From Mobula hypostoma (lineage: Eukaryota), in assembly GCF_963921235.1 (NCBI RefSeq), contig NC_086109.1, positions 36,892,001-36,956,000 on the forward strand: DNA of 64,000 bases, read 5' to 3'. The notes below the pieces were generated by a model. That model was not told the DNA's origin, made no database searches, and saw only the letters and a program-made list of their open reading frames with translations. Below, in pieces: positions 37,171-50,302 of the stretch. Position 1 is the first letter of the stretch. Every line of letters starts with the position of its first letter. A program made the translations under genes and the position numbers.

Positions 37171-40100
37171 AAACAAAATAACTATTTGGAAAGAGAGATA
37201 AAGCACAATAAATCTTAGTACTGTCATCTTTGGTATATTTTCTTAAATCAGCATGGCATCAATTACTGAAAAATCTGTTGAGCAACAGCTGAAGTGGAAA
37301 TCTTTTGGTCCATACTTCAAAATATTTAAATTGGCATAAAGTGCCCTTGGCTCTGCATGATCGGCATTTCAATTAATTCGACTCTAACTGTGTTACGGTT
37401 GAGAAACTCCTCATTGTGCAATAGTTGTATCTTTAGTACTACATCTACATAGCTTAAAGTGGGTTATCTGTTAAGATACAGACATCCTCAAAATGTAAAA
37501 AAAAGCTAGTGAAGCAGCATTTACCAAAGCATTGAAACAAAATTATTTTATCAGTTTTGATGTTGTGTTAAGCCAAACAACTCCGATCAGTGCAGTAACT
37601 TGGCTTGCCAATTTTTTAGAGATTTACACCTAGAAAAAAAACATTTGTTGGATTTCATTCCTGTGTAAGATTTTCAATCTTTTCACAGAGACATTGAGCT
37701 TGTGATGCATGAAAATGAAAGTAATCTAGGTTTACATGAATGAAAAACTCTTAAAAGGTGGCTTATCAGCTATATCCATTCAGAGCAAATTGTCTGACCA
37801 GTGTTAGATATAGCTTTCTCTACCTACGGCTTTAATACGTACCAGCCCATTGAAGTTCAGAATTCTAATTATATGTGGAAATTGCTTTGCATCGTCAATT
37901 TTTGAAGTGTGAAAACAGAATAAGAAATTGCTCACCCAGGCACTATTACATATCAATGAGCTGTTCTTCCCAGTTTTTCTTTGTGAACTTAGCACAGCTG
38001 AAGGCAAGGAACTGATAATTGTTTCATTCAGAATTAACAATTCTTCAAATGTAGACTCATACGGAAAAGTAAAATGATTTCCATGACACTTACAGATTGC
38101 TTTTTGAAAGGGAATAAAGTGGGTGATTATAGTCAGAAAACAAGTATTATTTTTGAATTAAAATACACGTTAGTAAAGTAAAAGTGATTGAATCACTGTA
38201 GAAAGTCATCAAGCAAGGACTGAAAGAAAGACAATGAAAAACATTATTACCACAGTCTTTGAGAATCATGCCTTGTTTTCATAGAAATACAACTTTGCTA
38301 CTTACATTATTGACTTCTGGCATCAGATAGAAATACAGGGAAATCGTTCAGTGGTGCAGTTGCTTATTATTATCACTCGAAGGCATACTCAGCTCAAGAC
38401 TGTTTATCTCAGAGACAGAGCTCGAAATATGTCTTCAAAGAAGAATAACTTCATTTAAAATATTGATTAAATACCAACAGATCCTAAATGGAAAATAACT
38501 TCAAAATTCATGTATAAAGTTGAGTAGAAGGCTTTTCTTTTCAATCTATATTTAGCACCGCTGAAAATAAATATGCAGTTCTGTGATGGTGTTCACCAAG
38601 ATATTTATAAAAAGCTGCAGAAATATGTGTAGCTATATCATCTGAATTTCAAATAAGAATTTAGCCTTTCTGGAAAAGTAAATTAAAAATGTATGAAAGC
38701 ACTTATAAGCTATGCAATTTGGCTTCTCTTAATCTTAACTGAATATTCCAGTTAAGATGTTTGATTTGCAAGAAGAAAATACTGTATGTTGCAAAGTAGG
38801 CACTGATTTTTATTAATAAATTAGATTTTGTATTGAATTTAAATATCTCTTTCAGTTAGTTAGTTCAATAAAAATATCTTTTCTGTTATATAATGCAAAA
38901 TGACCCCATGACCCCTCATCTTGGAGACTTCATTTCTTTATTGATGGCAATATTGCAAACAGTTTTCTTCTATTTTCAACTTCAAAATAAAAATACAAGA
39001 TTTAAAAAAGAGAACATTTTTGACCTATCAGTTTTTGTTTAACTGTTCTCAATAAAATAACAGAGACACTTTAAACTATCTTGCTTCATGTGAACTGCTG
39101 TAAACCAAGTGCTACCAGTTCAAATTTTTCATTTGTCTCATCGGGAATGGTGGTGCATGAAAAGGAGAGCCACTAGCATTATGTCATACTCCAGCTGGAT
39201 AAGTTGGGTTAAAATTACACTTGGTTTTCCAGTTAACCTGATTTGTACAAAGTTCCTCAGTTATGCTCATTGCTTCATATCCATGAGGCCGGCGGTTACC
39301 TATATAATACTTCTTAATCACAGATTTGTACTGGGTTACAGCACTCATAAGTCTCTTGAATAATACATAAAATATAAAATTGGCATAACCTCCCTTGCTC
39401 TGAAAGACAAGCTAAATTGCATATCAATATAGAACATTTAATTGCATAAATTACCTGAAGTTATGTGGCTGTACTCCTCCATGAAATGAATCGCAGTCAG
39501 ACCTGCTGTTTAAATTTCATGGAACTGCTAAAGACATTCTCTTAGTCTCAACAGGACTCCTCAATTCTATATTCAAGTTGCATACACGTGCACCCTTAAT
39601 AACCAATACTTTAAGCAGTAAAAGGAGCAATTTATTATAATATATGTACAACATTTGTGCATGCTATAAAGTTATATTTGCTATGCGCACGTTCTTGATG
39701 GATTAGGGTGTGGAAATGATATTTCCTTGTATTTTTTTAAGTTTAACTTTAATAATGCTTATTTGCATTTTTATATAACCACATATATATGTGTAATTTT
39801 TCAGTGAATTTTCCAGCAATTACAGTACAATTGCTTCTGTATTTTCTAGAAATTTCTTAGTTTTCACAGCAAGTGTGACACCACTTGAATCTGGCTATTT
39901 TATAGGTTAATTGTTACCACTTGAATTTGTGTTATCTCTAGTCTGAGTTGGAGATGACAGTTACAGCTTTTTCCTTTTCCTTAACTTTGTTCTTTCAGCT
40001 TGTCTTTGTTTTGATGGATTGCTTTATTCTGTGGTTGCACAAGAGATGGATTTAAATAGATGCAAGGTCATGTGTTTGATAAATATCATTGGTTGTTCTG

Positions 40101-42142
40101 GATCTTCTTGGGTCATCACAAGTGTGCAGCCAATAATAACCCGTGATATGATAACTGTAGCCCCAAATCCAAGGCCATGGGCCGGGAACTCAGGCAAACT
40201 CTGCCAGAAAGAGAAGCTCAGGTTCCAGTAACATTCTCTGTTTCTATCTGCAATTTTCTCATTTTCAAATGATACTCACTAGTCAGCCATACATGGTTGC
40301 TTTTGGCGTTCTATCTGCCAGAGGTCTCAATGGAAGATAGCTAAGTTATGATGGCAAAACAGATTCAGCAGATTACTCTCCATCCTTTTGCTTATGGCTA
40401 AGATTATTTTATAGCAGTTTGTAACTTTGGCAATATAGAATACTCTATAGGAAACAGTGCTTAGTTATAATCAATTGCATACTTATTCATAAATACAGTG
40501 CTTTGCATTAAAATAGTTTTCAGGAATTTTTTGCAATTCTAAAGAACTGCTGATATGTTAAAGCATTGTTTACATTAATAGTAACAGAAGAGTGATATAG
40601 AGAAGAGGGGAGTGGAGATGATTATGGTGAGGTACTGGAAGTACGGTTGAGGAAAGAATATTGGGGAACTTCTTGGAACATCAAAGAATTGCAGATGGTA
40701 GGATAAAAATGAATTCCCTCTGTAATGTGAAGCACAGAGAGAGAGAGGGATATCTGAAGAATATTAATGTTCATGCCATCTGTAGCTGAGAGTTCTGGTG
40801 TACGCTCTTCAATGATTTCAGCCCAAAAATCTAGGTCAAAACTCTTATCAAGTATTGAGAGATAATTGCACATTTGGAGGTGCAATCTTGCAAGAGGATT
40901 GCATCTGTTCTCTCAGATAAAAGATATAAAAGATCCTCTGTCACAATTTCAAAAGAAGTTATCCTTAAACTGCTGCTAATTTTTGCCCCTCAGATTTTTT
41001 AAAGCGGATTATGTAGCTTGTGGCGGCATTTCCATTTTCTAACATAAAACAATAACCATACCTCAGTAATATGTCATTGGCTGTAAATAACTCTAGGATG
41101 CCTAAAAGATATGTGAAAAGCACTGCGTAAATTACAACCCTTTCTCAAGTAGTGGCAGTTTTTTTTCCTGGAGAAATACAGAGGAGCTGAAATTTATGGT
41201 GGGATTTGAATAATGATATCGAAGCAACACCAGGACACAATATGAACTCATAAAAAAACAAATCCAAGTTCTTGGTGGATATCCCTCCAACACTGCCCAG
41301 ATGTGAGGTTATAACCATAAGTTATGACAGCTCTGGATTAATCAATAAATTCAGCCATTTAACAATGAATTTAGCAAGCTTTGGTGTCACTTCAGTGGAT
41401 TCCGGTTATCATGGCTGTATATTGCGAAGAGACATGATCTGGAAAACCAAATATATTGAAAAGAGGAGTGGGGTTAGTGGATAAGCGGAGTGATAAAATA
41501 GGAGAATTACTATAAATAGATTAGATGAACAGAGAAACAAGGTGAAAATGACGATAATAAAAAAGAAAGTATGCATATTCACACAATGTAACCACTCTCT
41601 GAAGGCCGTAGAACAGATACCAACCCTGTGTTTTTGAAAGGGATCATATCACAGCAACAGATTTATAACTGATGTGAAGGCTAAGATATCAGTCAAAGGC
41701 ATATTAGCGCTTCCAGCTGTTAAATGAGTATTTAAACATGAAATTCTTGAGAGGGTTGATAGTAAATCCATGGATGATCAACGATAAATTCTTCAGTTTT
41801 ATGTTTAAATTGAAATATATTTCATATGTTATGATCCAAAGTATCTAGACTCCTGTAATCTTGTTTAGCTATGGATATTGGATGGTACATTAGCAACATA
41901 TACAGTTAATCCAACCTAAAAGAAAACTTGCAATGTTTTCATTTATATATTCTATTTGTTTCTAATTAAACCTTTACAAGAAATCAACATTTCCATTGTT
42001 CCATTGATTTCTGAATCCAGATTCACAAGTTATTTATTTTAATGATTTTTCAGCCTTTTACACACCAACTATTATGAATCGTCTATCATTTTCAACTTTC
42101 CCATATCAACACATCTGAAATAAATTAGATCAGAGGAAAATT

Positions 42143-43248
42143 CACTTCCAGAAGTGGAGAAACACTAGCATAAGGAACAGGCGAGACGTGATACAGGCAG
42201 AAGTACGGATCCTTGAGGAAGAGAAGCGGATTTCAAAGGCAGTGGAACAAGGGTCCCAGGGTGCCTGGACAAAATGGGATCTGCCTAAGCGCAAGATCTC
42301 ATGGGCAGAGTTATGGAGACTGGAGCCCTTCTGTATTTCCTTCCTCTTGTGATCCCTGTATGACACCCTTCCTTCACCATTACATCTGTACACATGGGGG
42401 ATGACAGAGGACCTGAACTGTAAGCTCTGTGGTCAAAAGGGGTCACTGGCTCATATACTGTCCAGGTGTAAAACAGCTCTAACTCAAGGACGGTATAGGT
42501 GGGGCCATGATAAGTTGCTTCTGACTCTTGCTGACTCACTAGAGCGGGAGAGATGCAAGAAGAGGACGGCTGGCACAGATTTGAGGAAGGCCATCACCTT
42601 CATCAAAAAGGGAGCCAGGCCTTTTGTAACCAAACGACCAAAGCCCAATCTGCTGTTAACGGCCAGGTCCTGGGAGAAGAGGGTCGATGTGGGAAGGAGA
42701 TTGCAGTTCCCGGATGTGGTGGAAACAACCCTACGCCTGGACATTGTACTGTGGTCAACCAAAGACAAGTAAATAATTCTGGTTGAGCTGACTGTGCCGT
42801 GGGAGGAGGGATGGGAAGAGGCCCACGAGAAAAAGGCCTTGAGGTACCAGCCCTTAGTGCAGGAGTGTAAAGACAAGGGATGGCAGGCATGGTTGTTCCC
42901 TGTGGAGATCGGCTGCAGAGGTTTCCCAGCCAAATCAGCATGGCGGTTGTTGTCAGATCTGGGCCTGGACAAAAGGAGTAAAAAACAAGCCAGCTCGTAG
43001 GATGGGGAAAGAGGCAGAAGGAGCCTCTTTTTGGATTTGGAGTAAGCAAGAGGAGGGAAGCTGGAAGCCAGGAGCAGATGGGCAGTGATTTGGCCACCAC
43101 TGCTGGCCCACATCTGGAGAGTGTCGTGGTTAAGGGTCGAAACACTCGGTGAAGGTTGGGAACCACCTGATGACATCTGCTCCTGGCTGAAGGCTACGGT
43201 TCCCTTATAAGGTAACTGGAAAATGCACCCTAACAGGTGTATGTAACA
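42143..43248 (+). mobile_element. HERO/NeSL-like (R2-group) non-LTR element 3' end: CCHC finger plus restriction-like endonuclease; pseudogenised
   Basis: CKLCGQKGSLAHILSRC, GRYRWGHD, LRLDIVLWS..ILVELTVPWEE..KALRY..PVEIGCRGF (PD-(D/E)xK RLE signature). In-frame stops are present. Confidence 0.85.
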
Positions 43249-44849
43249 AGTTTAAAATTCACCTTTTGAACCATGTGCATCATTTTTCACACCAACTGTT
43301 ATGAATCGTCTATCATTTTCAACTTCCGATATAAACACATCTGAAATAAATTAGATCAGAAGAAAATTAGTTTAAACTTCACCTTTTAATCATGTGCATC
43401 ATTAGTGTAATGTCAACATGATCAGTACCATAAACAATGTGGAATCAGAAGAAATCTGTAGCAGAATTTTTTCTTATGTTAATTAGTTACTCAGCAAAAG
43501 CAAATAGATGGGCTATGGCATTAATATCTACTCTTAAAATGCAACCAAAGATTAAAATATAACAATGGATTGAAATTTTCCTAATGCAGTAATAAATATG
43601 ACAAAGCATATAGTAAATGTATGGCAATAACTAAAATGCCACGTTTTCCTCTAAAACTTCAGTCATTTCAGCAGATTTTGCAGGTAGAGTTGTCAAGGTT
43701 GCTTTACGAGACAAGCTCTAAACAAAGCAGTTAATATTGACGGCCAAATTGCAGATCAATGTACCACACTTTCAAAAATCTCGAACAGTAGGTTTGACAT
43801 TCAGCCGACATAGAATTCCTCACAATCACATTAAGTTGCCTTGCACTGAAGTAGGTGACTGTTATGAAGAATTTACAGAATACAATACATAATTTGACAG
43901 ATGAATTATTACTTGCTTATGCATCAGTTCGCCATTATTCTAATCTCTCCAGCTTTTCAATACTCTTGGGGATATTCTAGTATAAAAATAATAACAAAAC
44001 AATTTATTACAAGTGATTCTAATAGCATTGTATCAAAGATACGTACTGAGACAGTTTGGTAACTATATTAAGCTATATTGCTTTCTGATAGCATGACTAC
44101 TTTCATGTGAATACTGTTACTGCATTAATTTTTGGATTTTGCAATAGCATCACTTTATTTTGACAACATTTATGAGATAACACAGTGCCTTCATAATCAA
44201 AACATATTTGTCTGGTAACAGACTGCAAGTGCCTTAGCTGTAAGTTCATTCTACTGTTAGGGTGGGACATCACTCCAGCTTTGGATATGGAATCTCAGAA
44301 TAATTATGGGACCAATGGAGTGAACAGTCTCCCACATTGTGGCATATCCAGACCCAATACGTCAATCAGGTCGATGAGAAAGACCAAGCCAGATAACAGA
44401 AAGGAACCATTTTGAACTTGAAGCATTAGCAAATGGATCCACGCAGTCATGTAAGCATGGCGAAGAAGCCACAGTGATTACACGCATCTGATGCTCTGTG
44501 CTGTTAAACTTGCACTAATAGGCAGTTGATTAGGTGGGAGTACAAGAAATTACACAATTTCTGCTCATAACTAATTAACTGCTGTGTTCTATGTTGGCGG
44601 TGAGCCAAAGTTTTTGAAAGAACCAAAATGCGGTCAGAAGGATTAAAAATAAATTGGATGGATACAGTGACACCATTATTCCTAGTCAGAGTTAAAACAC
44701 TTTGATAAGTTTTCCATTAATCACTTCTCCAATGTTAAATTTTGCACATTATATTTATATTGTTATTTTCCCTTCTTGTTGTGTTTTACTAAATAAAAAA
44801 TACTACTTTATCCATGGCATTTTGCTATAGATTTAGTCATGAGTTCAGT

Positions 44850-45225
44850 TTCTGATAGTTCACTCTTTCTTTCTGTCAGTGTCGGAACCAGTCATTTCTG
44901 TCTGTCATCATTTTGGACCCATTTACCTTGTTTTCCCATTAATACAGTCTGGCCACCTGGACATGTTCCACAGCCACCCTTTTATAACAATTTATTGCAC
45001 AGATTTACTTCCAGCTACAATCCGGATGCTGTCAACTCGATCTCTGATCTCATCTTATCAGAGATATTTCTTTTGTTCTTTCAATTTCCATCGCTCCACA
45101 CCACTCTCTCTGCTAATGAAAACCAGGCTTGCATTTCTCCTTTCTCAATTCTGACGAAGGGCCCCAGCCCTGAAACATTAAATGTTTCTATTTTCACTGA
45201 TGCTGCCTGAGTATTTCCAACACTA
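44850..45225 (+). mobile_element. Degenerate Penelope-like 3' fragment with a hammerhead-like motif
   Basis: CTGACGAAGGGCCCCAGCCCTGAAACATT..GATGCTGCCTGAG at 45151-45213. The left boundary is uncertain. Confidence 0.5.
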
Positions 45226-45789
45226 TTATTATTACATACAGTATTTCAGATTTTTTAAAGATTTCCACTTATTATAGTTAGTGAAAACTATTTAAAGATC
45301 TTCTCTTTGCTTGAATGCAACATTATAAAGGAAGTGAAAGTTAAAAATTGTTTGACATTTAAATATAACACTGCAAATCTTCCTCGGGCAGTGCCCTTGG
45401 CTCAACCAGTTTTAGCTACTTCATTAATGATTGCACTATTTTCAGTTCCATTTTCCACTCCTCAGCACATGAAGCAGTCTACACTTGTATGCAGTGGAAT
45501 CTCAGTTCACAACATCCAGATGTGGGCTGCTAAGTGGCATTTAACATTCATGGCACGAGAGTTCCAGGCAAAGACCATCTCCACAAAGAGGGAAACTAGC
45601 CAAAGCTTTATCATTCAAAGGCATTATCATTTCCCAGTGCCTCACCGTCAATAACCTGGGAGTCACCAGAAAGTCAGTTGCACCGACATCATAAGTTACA
45701 TAGAATAGAGAACAGAACAGGACAGAAATGAATCCAAAGGAACAGCAGAGACCAATGCATTTTGGTACCAGCTGTATCACAGGAGGTGA

Positions 45790-46165
45790 ACTCAATGTAG
45801 CATTGCCTGAGGCACTCCAGCTCCAGATTTTTCCCTCAGAGTTTACTACTGAAGCAATTCCCATGAGCGGGTAGAGCCCCAGGGCAGCAGAGGCTTGAAA
45901 TCAGAGATTTCCTTCTTCTAGATGAGCTGCCAACCACTGCTGACAAGCCCCATCTGCCTGAAGTGACTGGTTTTAAGGCACCAGTAACCCCAATCTCCTC
46001 CTCCTTGCCTTCTCCTGTTACTAGAAACAGTTCTGCTGGGCTGAGTTGCTAAGCCACACATGAAGGCCAGGAGCTGGACTTGGTTGACAGAGGCTATTCG
46101 AGATGCATGCCATTAGGAGCATTTAATAGGTAGTGGGAGCTTATCCCCATTACCACCCCTGGCTA
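45790..46165 (-). repeat. RTE-5'UTR-like interspersed repeat, related to 4329-4712
   Basis: Reverse-complement similarity to 4335-4485. Confidence 0.5.
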
Positions 46166-46379
46166 TAACAACATTAAGGAACCTGTGCCTATCTAAACGT
46201 CCCTTAAAAGCCCCCTATGTATCTGCCTCTACCACCACCCTAGGCAGCGCATTCCATGCACCCACCACTCTCTGTTTAAAAAAGCCTTGCTGCCTATGTC
46301 TCCTTTGAAATTACACCCTCTCATTGTAAATGCATTCTGGTACACCTGCATTTGTTCACCTTGTTTATCTTTTTTATGA

Positions 46380-47065
46380 TCGCAGGTCACTGATGGATAC
46401 TAAGAAGATCTAGTACTGCAGGAATATCCTATCAGAAAGTTGCTTGATAGAAATGGAGCTGGACTTATTGGATACTATTGTTGTGCTGTCACTTGGACTT
46501 ATGCACAGTTGTGCCAAGAAGGTGCATGGTGCGAGTGATTGTCTTGGACACTTTCATTGCGATCACAAGATTCTGTTGGACATTGGTAGCATGGAATACT
46601 GTAAGTCCGATTCTCTGGTTCATTGGTGAGACCAATGCAGGAGAACTGTGTTGCCTCGGTTATGGTGAGCACTAGGCCAAGGCCAAGGCCATGGGTTCCT
46701 CTGTGGAGAGGAGATGCCAAGGCGCTGCTGCCCTCCATTGCTTGCTCAATGCTGCCCCCTGGTGTTCATTCAATGCTGTTCTCTGGTGATCACTCAGTGG
46801 AAGAATAAGCTGAACTGGAACAACTTGCCATCAATCCAGTCATGCCACATAGATATTGGAGCAATATTATTATTTTGTTTTACTCTTTGTGACTATACTA
46901 TTTTTCTGAAATTGTAACTGTATGAGCTATTTGTGCTATGTGGTATGTAACATGTGCTGTTGGCAATATATTTTGCACCTTGGCCCTGGAGGAAACCTGT
47001 TTTGCTTGGCTATATTCATTTATCGTTAAGTGATAATTAAACTTGAACTTGAATTTGAATTTGAT
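46380..47065 (+). mobile_element. Degenerate retroposon ending in a Rex1-like 3'UTR and (GAACTT/GAATTT)n tail
   Basis: TTTTGCACCTTGGCCCTGGAGGAA..GATAATTAAACTTGAACTTGAATTTGAATTTGA; similar to 51700-51836. Confidence 0.5.
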
Positions 47066-47372
47066 ATCCTCTGGTCTTAGATAACTCTGCAGTTAGAAGA
47101 GCAGACCAAAGACTGGGTATTCTACAGCAACTGATTCACTTCCTGAAATTTTAAAATACGTACGAGACATTACTGTATGAGTGACTACACAACAATTACT
47201 AGAGTGGTGTAGAAAGACATTTCACAAACACCTTCCCATCAACTATTTGGAGTAGACAGTAAATGCTGGGCTTACTGAAATGATATTGTGTTTGAAACCA
47301 TAGAAACCATAGAAACTACAGCACAGAAACAGGCCTTTTGGCCCTTCTTGGCTGTGCCAAACCATTTTCTGC

Positions 47373-50300
47373 CTAGTCCCACTGACCTGCACACGGACCA
47401 TATCCCTCCATACACCTCCCATCCATGTATCTGTCCAATTTATTCTTAAATGTTAAAAAAGAACCCACATTTACCACCTCGTCTGGCAGCTCATTCCATA
47501 CTCCCACCACTCTCTGTGTGAAAAAGCCCCCCCTAATGTTCCCTTTAAACTTTTCCCCCCTCACCCTTAACCCATGCCCTCTGGTTTTTTTCTCCCTTTG
47601 CCTCAGTGGAAAAAGCCTGCTTGCATTCACTCTATCTATACCCATCATAATTTTATATACCTCTATCAAATTTCCCCACATTCTTCTACGCTCCAGGGAA
47701 TAAAGTCCTAACCTATTCAACCTTTCTCTGTAACTGAGTTTCTCAAGTCCCGGCAACATCCTTGTAAACCTTCTCTGCACTCTTTCAATCTTATTTATAT
47801 CCTTCCTGTAATTTGGTGACCAAAACCAAACACAATACTCCAGATTCGGCCTTAACAATGCCTTATACAACCTCATCATAACATTCCAGCTCTTATATTC
47901 AATACTTTGATTAATAAAGGCCAATGTACCAAAAGCTCTCTTTACAGCCCTATCTACCTGTGACGCCACTTTTAGGGAATTTTGTATCTGTCTTCCCAGA
48001 TCCCTCTGTTTCACTGCACTCCTCAGTGCCTTACCATTAATCCTGTATGTTCTACCTTGGTTTGTCCTTCCAACGTGCAATACCTCACACTTGTCTGTAT
48101 TAAACTCCATCTGCCATTTTTCAGCCCATTTTTCCAGCTGGTCCAAGTCCCTCTGCAGGCTCTGAAAACCTTCCTTACTGTCTACTACACCTCCAATCTT
48201 TGTATCATCAGCAAATTTGCTGATCCAATTTACCACATTATCATCCAGATCATTGATATAGATGACAAATAACAATGGACCCAGCACTGATCCCTGTGGC
48301 ACACCATTAGTCACAGGCCTCCACTCGGAGAAGCAATTCTCTACTACCACTCTTTGGCTTCTTCCATTGAGCCAATGTCTAATCCAATTTACCACCTCTC
48401 CATGTATACCTAGTGACTGAATTTTCCTAACTAACCTCCCATGCAGGACCTTGTCAAAGGCCTTACTGAAGTCCATGTAGACAATATCCACTGCCTTCCC
48501 TTCATCCACTTTCCTGGTAACCTCCTCAAAAAACTCCAGTAGATTGGTCAAACATGACCTACCATGCACAAAGCCATGTTGACTCTCCCTAATAAGTCCC
48601 TGTCTATCCAAATGCTTGTAGATTCTGTCTCTTAGTACTCCCTCCAATAACTTACATACTACCAATGTTAAACTTACTGGCCTATAATTTCCCGGATTAC
48701 TTTTCGATCCTTTTTTAAACAATGGAACAACATCAGCCACTCCCCTATTCTCCAGCACCTCACCTGTAGACAGTGACATTTTAAATATTTCTGCCAGGGC
48801 CCCTGCAATTTCAACACTTGTCTCCTTCAAGGTCCGAGGGAACACCCTGTCAGGTCCCGGGGATTTATCCACTGTAATTTTCCTCAAGACAGCAAGCACC
48901 TCCTTCTTTTCGATCTGTACAGTTTCCATGATCTCACTACTTGTTTCCCCTAATTCCATAGACTTCATGCCAGTTTCCTTAGTAAATACAGATGCAAAAA
49001 ACCTATTTAAGATCTCCCCCATTTCCTTTGGTTCCACACATAGCCAACCACTCTGATCTTCAAGAGGACCAATTTTATCCCTTACAATCCTTTTGCTCTT
49101 AATATATCTGTAAAAGCTCTTTGGAATATCCTTCACTTTGACTGCCAAGGCAACCTCATGTCTTCTTTTAGCCCTCCTGATTTCTTTCTTAAGTACTTTC
49201 TTGCACTTCTTATACTCCTCAAGCACCTTATTTACTCCCTGTTTCCTATACATGTCATACAACTCCCTCTTCTTCTTTATCAGAGTTGCAATATTCCTTG
49301 AGAACCAAGGTTCCTTATTCCTATTCACTTTGCCTTTAATCCTGACAGGAACATACAAATTCTGCACTCTCAAAATTTCTCCTTTGAAGGCTTCCCACCT
49401 ACCGATCGCATCCTTGCCAGAGAACAACCTGTCCCAATCTATGCTTTTTAGATCCTTTCTCATTTCTTCAAATTTAGCCTTCTTCCAGTTAAGAACCTCA
49501 ACCCTAGGACCAGATCTATCCTTGTCCATGATCAAGTTGAAACGAATGGTGTTATGATCACTGGAACCAAAGTGCTCCTCTACATAGACTTCTGTCACTT
49601 GTCCTAACTTGTTTCCTAACTGGAGATCCAATATTGCATCCCCTCTAGTTGGTCCCTCTATATATTGATTTAGAAAAGTTTCCTGAACACATTTTACAAA
49701 CTCTAAACCATCTAGACCCCTAACAGTATGGGAGTCCCAATCAATGTATGGAAAATTAAAATCCCCTACCACCACAACTTTATGTTTCCTGCAGTTGTCT
49801 GCTATCTCTCTGCAGATTTGCTCTTCCAATTCTCGTTGACTATTGGGTGGTATGTAATACAATCCCACTAATGTGGCCATACCTTTCCTGTTTCTCAGCT
49901 CCACCCATAAGGACTCAGTAGACAAGCCCTCTAATCTGTCCTGCCTGAGCACTGCTGTAATATTTTCCCTAACAAGCAATGCTACTCCCCCACCTTTCAT
50001 TCCTCTGCCTCGATCACATCTGAAACATCGGAACCCTGGAATATTAAGCTGCCAGTCCTGCCCCTCCTGTAGCCACATTTCACTAATTGCTACAACGTCA
50101 TAATTCCACGTGTCAATCCACGCCCTCAACTCATCCACCTTCCCTGCAATACTCCTAGCATTGAAATATATACACCTCAGAAGACTTTTATCACCATTCA
50201 CAACCTTTCTATTAGCGGATTTGCTTGAACTTTTAACATCATTTATTTTCACCCCAGCCACACTGTCAGCGCCGGCACTCTGGTTCCCATCCCACTGCAA
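47373..50300 (-). CDS. CR1 ORF2: APE endonuclease plus reverse transcriptase, 975 uninterrupted codons
   Basis: APE motifs YFNARSI, ISE, GGGVALL, GDFN and SDH. RT motifs YRPVSLT, DFSKAFDKV, GVPQGSVLGP and FADD. Confidence 0.93.
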   Translation of the reverse strand: MQWDGNQSAGADSVAGVKINDVKSSSKSANRKVVNGDKSLLRCIYFNARSIAGKVDELRAWIDTWNYDVVAISEMWLQEGQDWQLNIPGFRCFRCDRGRGMKGGGVALLVRENITAVLRQDRLEGLSTESLWVELRNRKGMATLVGLYYIPPNSQRELEEQICREIADNCRKHKVVVVGDFNFPYIDWDSHTVRGLDGLEFVKCVQETFLNQYIEGPTRGDAILDLQLGNKLGQVTEVYVEEHFGSSDHNTIRFNLIMDKDRSGPRVEVLNWKKAKFEEMRKDLKSIDWDRLFSGKDAIGRWEAFKGEILRVQNLYVPVRIKGKVNRNKEPWFSRNIATLIKKKRELYDMYRKQGVNKVLEEYKKCKKVLKKEIRRAKRRHEVALAVKVKDIPKSFYRYIKSKRIVRDKIGPLEDQSGWLCVEPKEMGEILNRFFASVFTKETGMKSMELGETSSEIMETVQIEKKEVLAVLRKITVDKSPGPDRVFPRTLKETSVEIAGALAEIFKMSLSTGEVLENRGVADVVPLFKKGSKSNPGNYRPVSLTLVVCKLLEGVLRDRIYKHLDRQGLIRESQHGFVHGRSCLTNLLEFFEEVTRKVDEGKAVDIVYMDFSKAFDKVLHGRLVRKIQSLGIHGEVVNWIRHWLNGRSQRVVVENCFSEWRPVTNGVPQGSVLGPLLFVIYINDLDDNVVNWISKFADDTKIGGVVDSKEGFQSLQRDLDQLEKWAEKWQMEFNTDKCEVLHVGRTNQGRTYRINGKALRSAVKQRDLGRQIQNSLKVASQVDRAVKRAFGTLAFINQSIEYKSWNVMMRLYKALLRPNLEYCVWFWSPNYRKDINKIERVQRRFTRMLPGLEKLSYRERLNRLGLYSLERRRMWGNLIEVYKIMMGIDRVNASRLFPLRQREKKTRGHGLRVRGEKFKGNIRGGFFTQRVVGVWNELPDEVVNVGSFLTFKNKLDRYMDGRCMEGYGPCAGQWD

Positions 50301-50302
50301 AT

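Noticed and set aside
39965..40231. Splice acceptor-like pyrimidine tract plus a 70-aa ORF
   Set aside because: There is no recognisable protein, and the pairing of frame and donor is unconvincing.
43130..43180. GAAA...CTGATGA in the HERO-like 3'UTR as a permuted hammerhead
   Set aside because: The core words are present, but stem II does not close (C opposite C) and the stem I/III registers are poor. It is not supportable without a family consensus.
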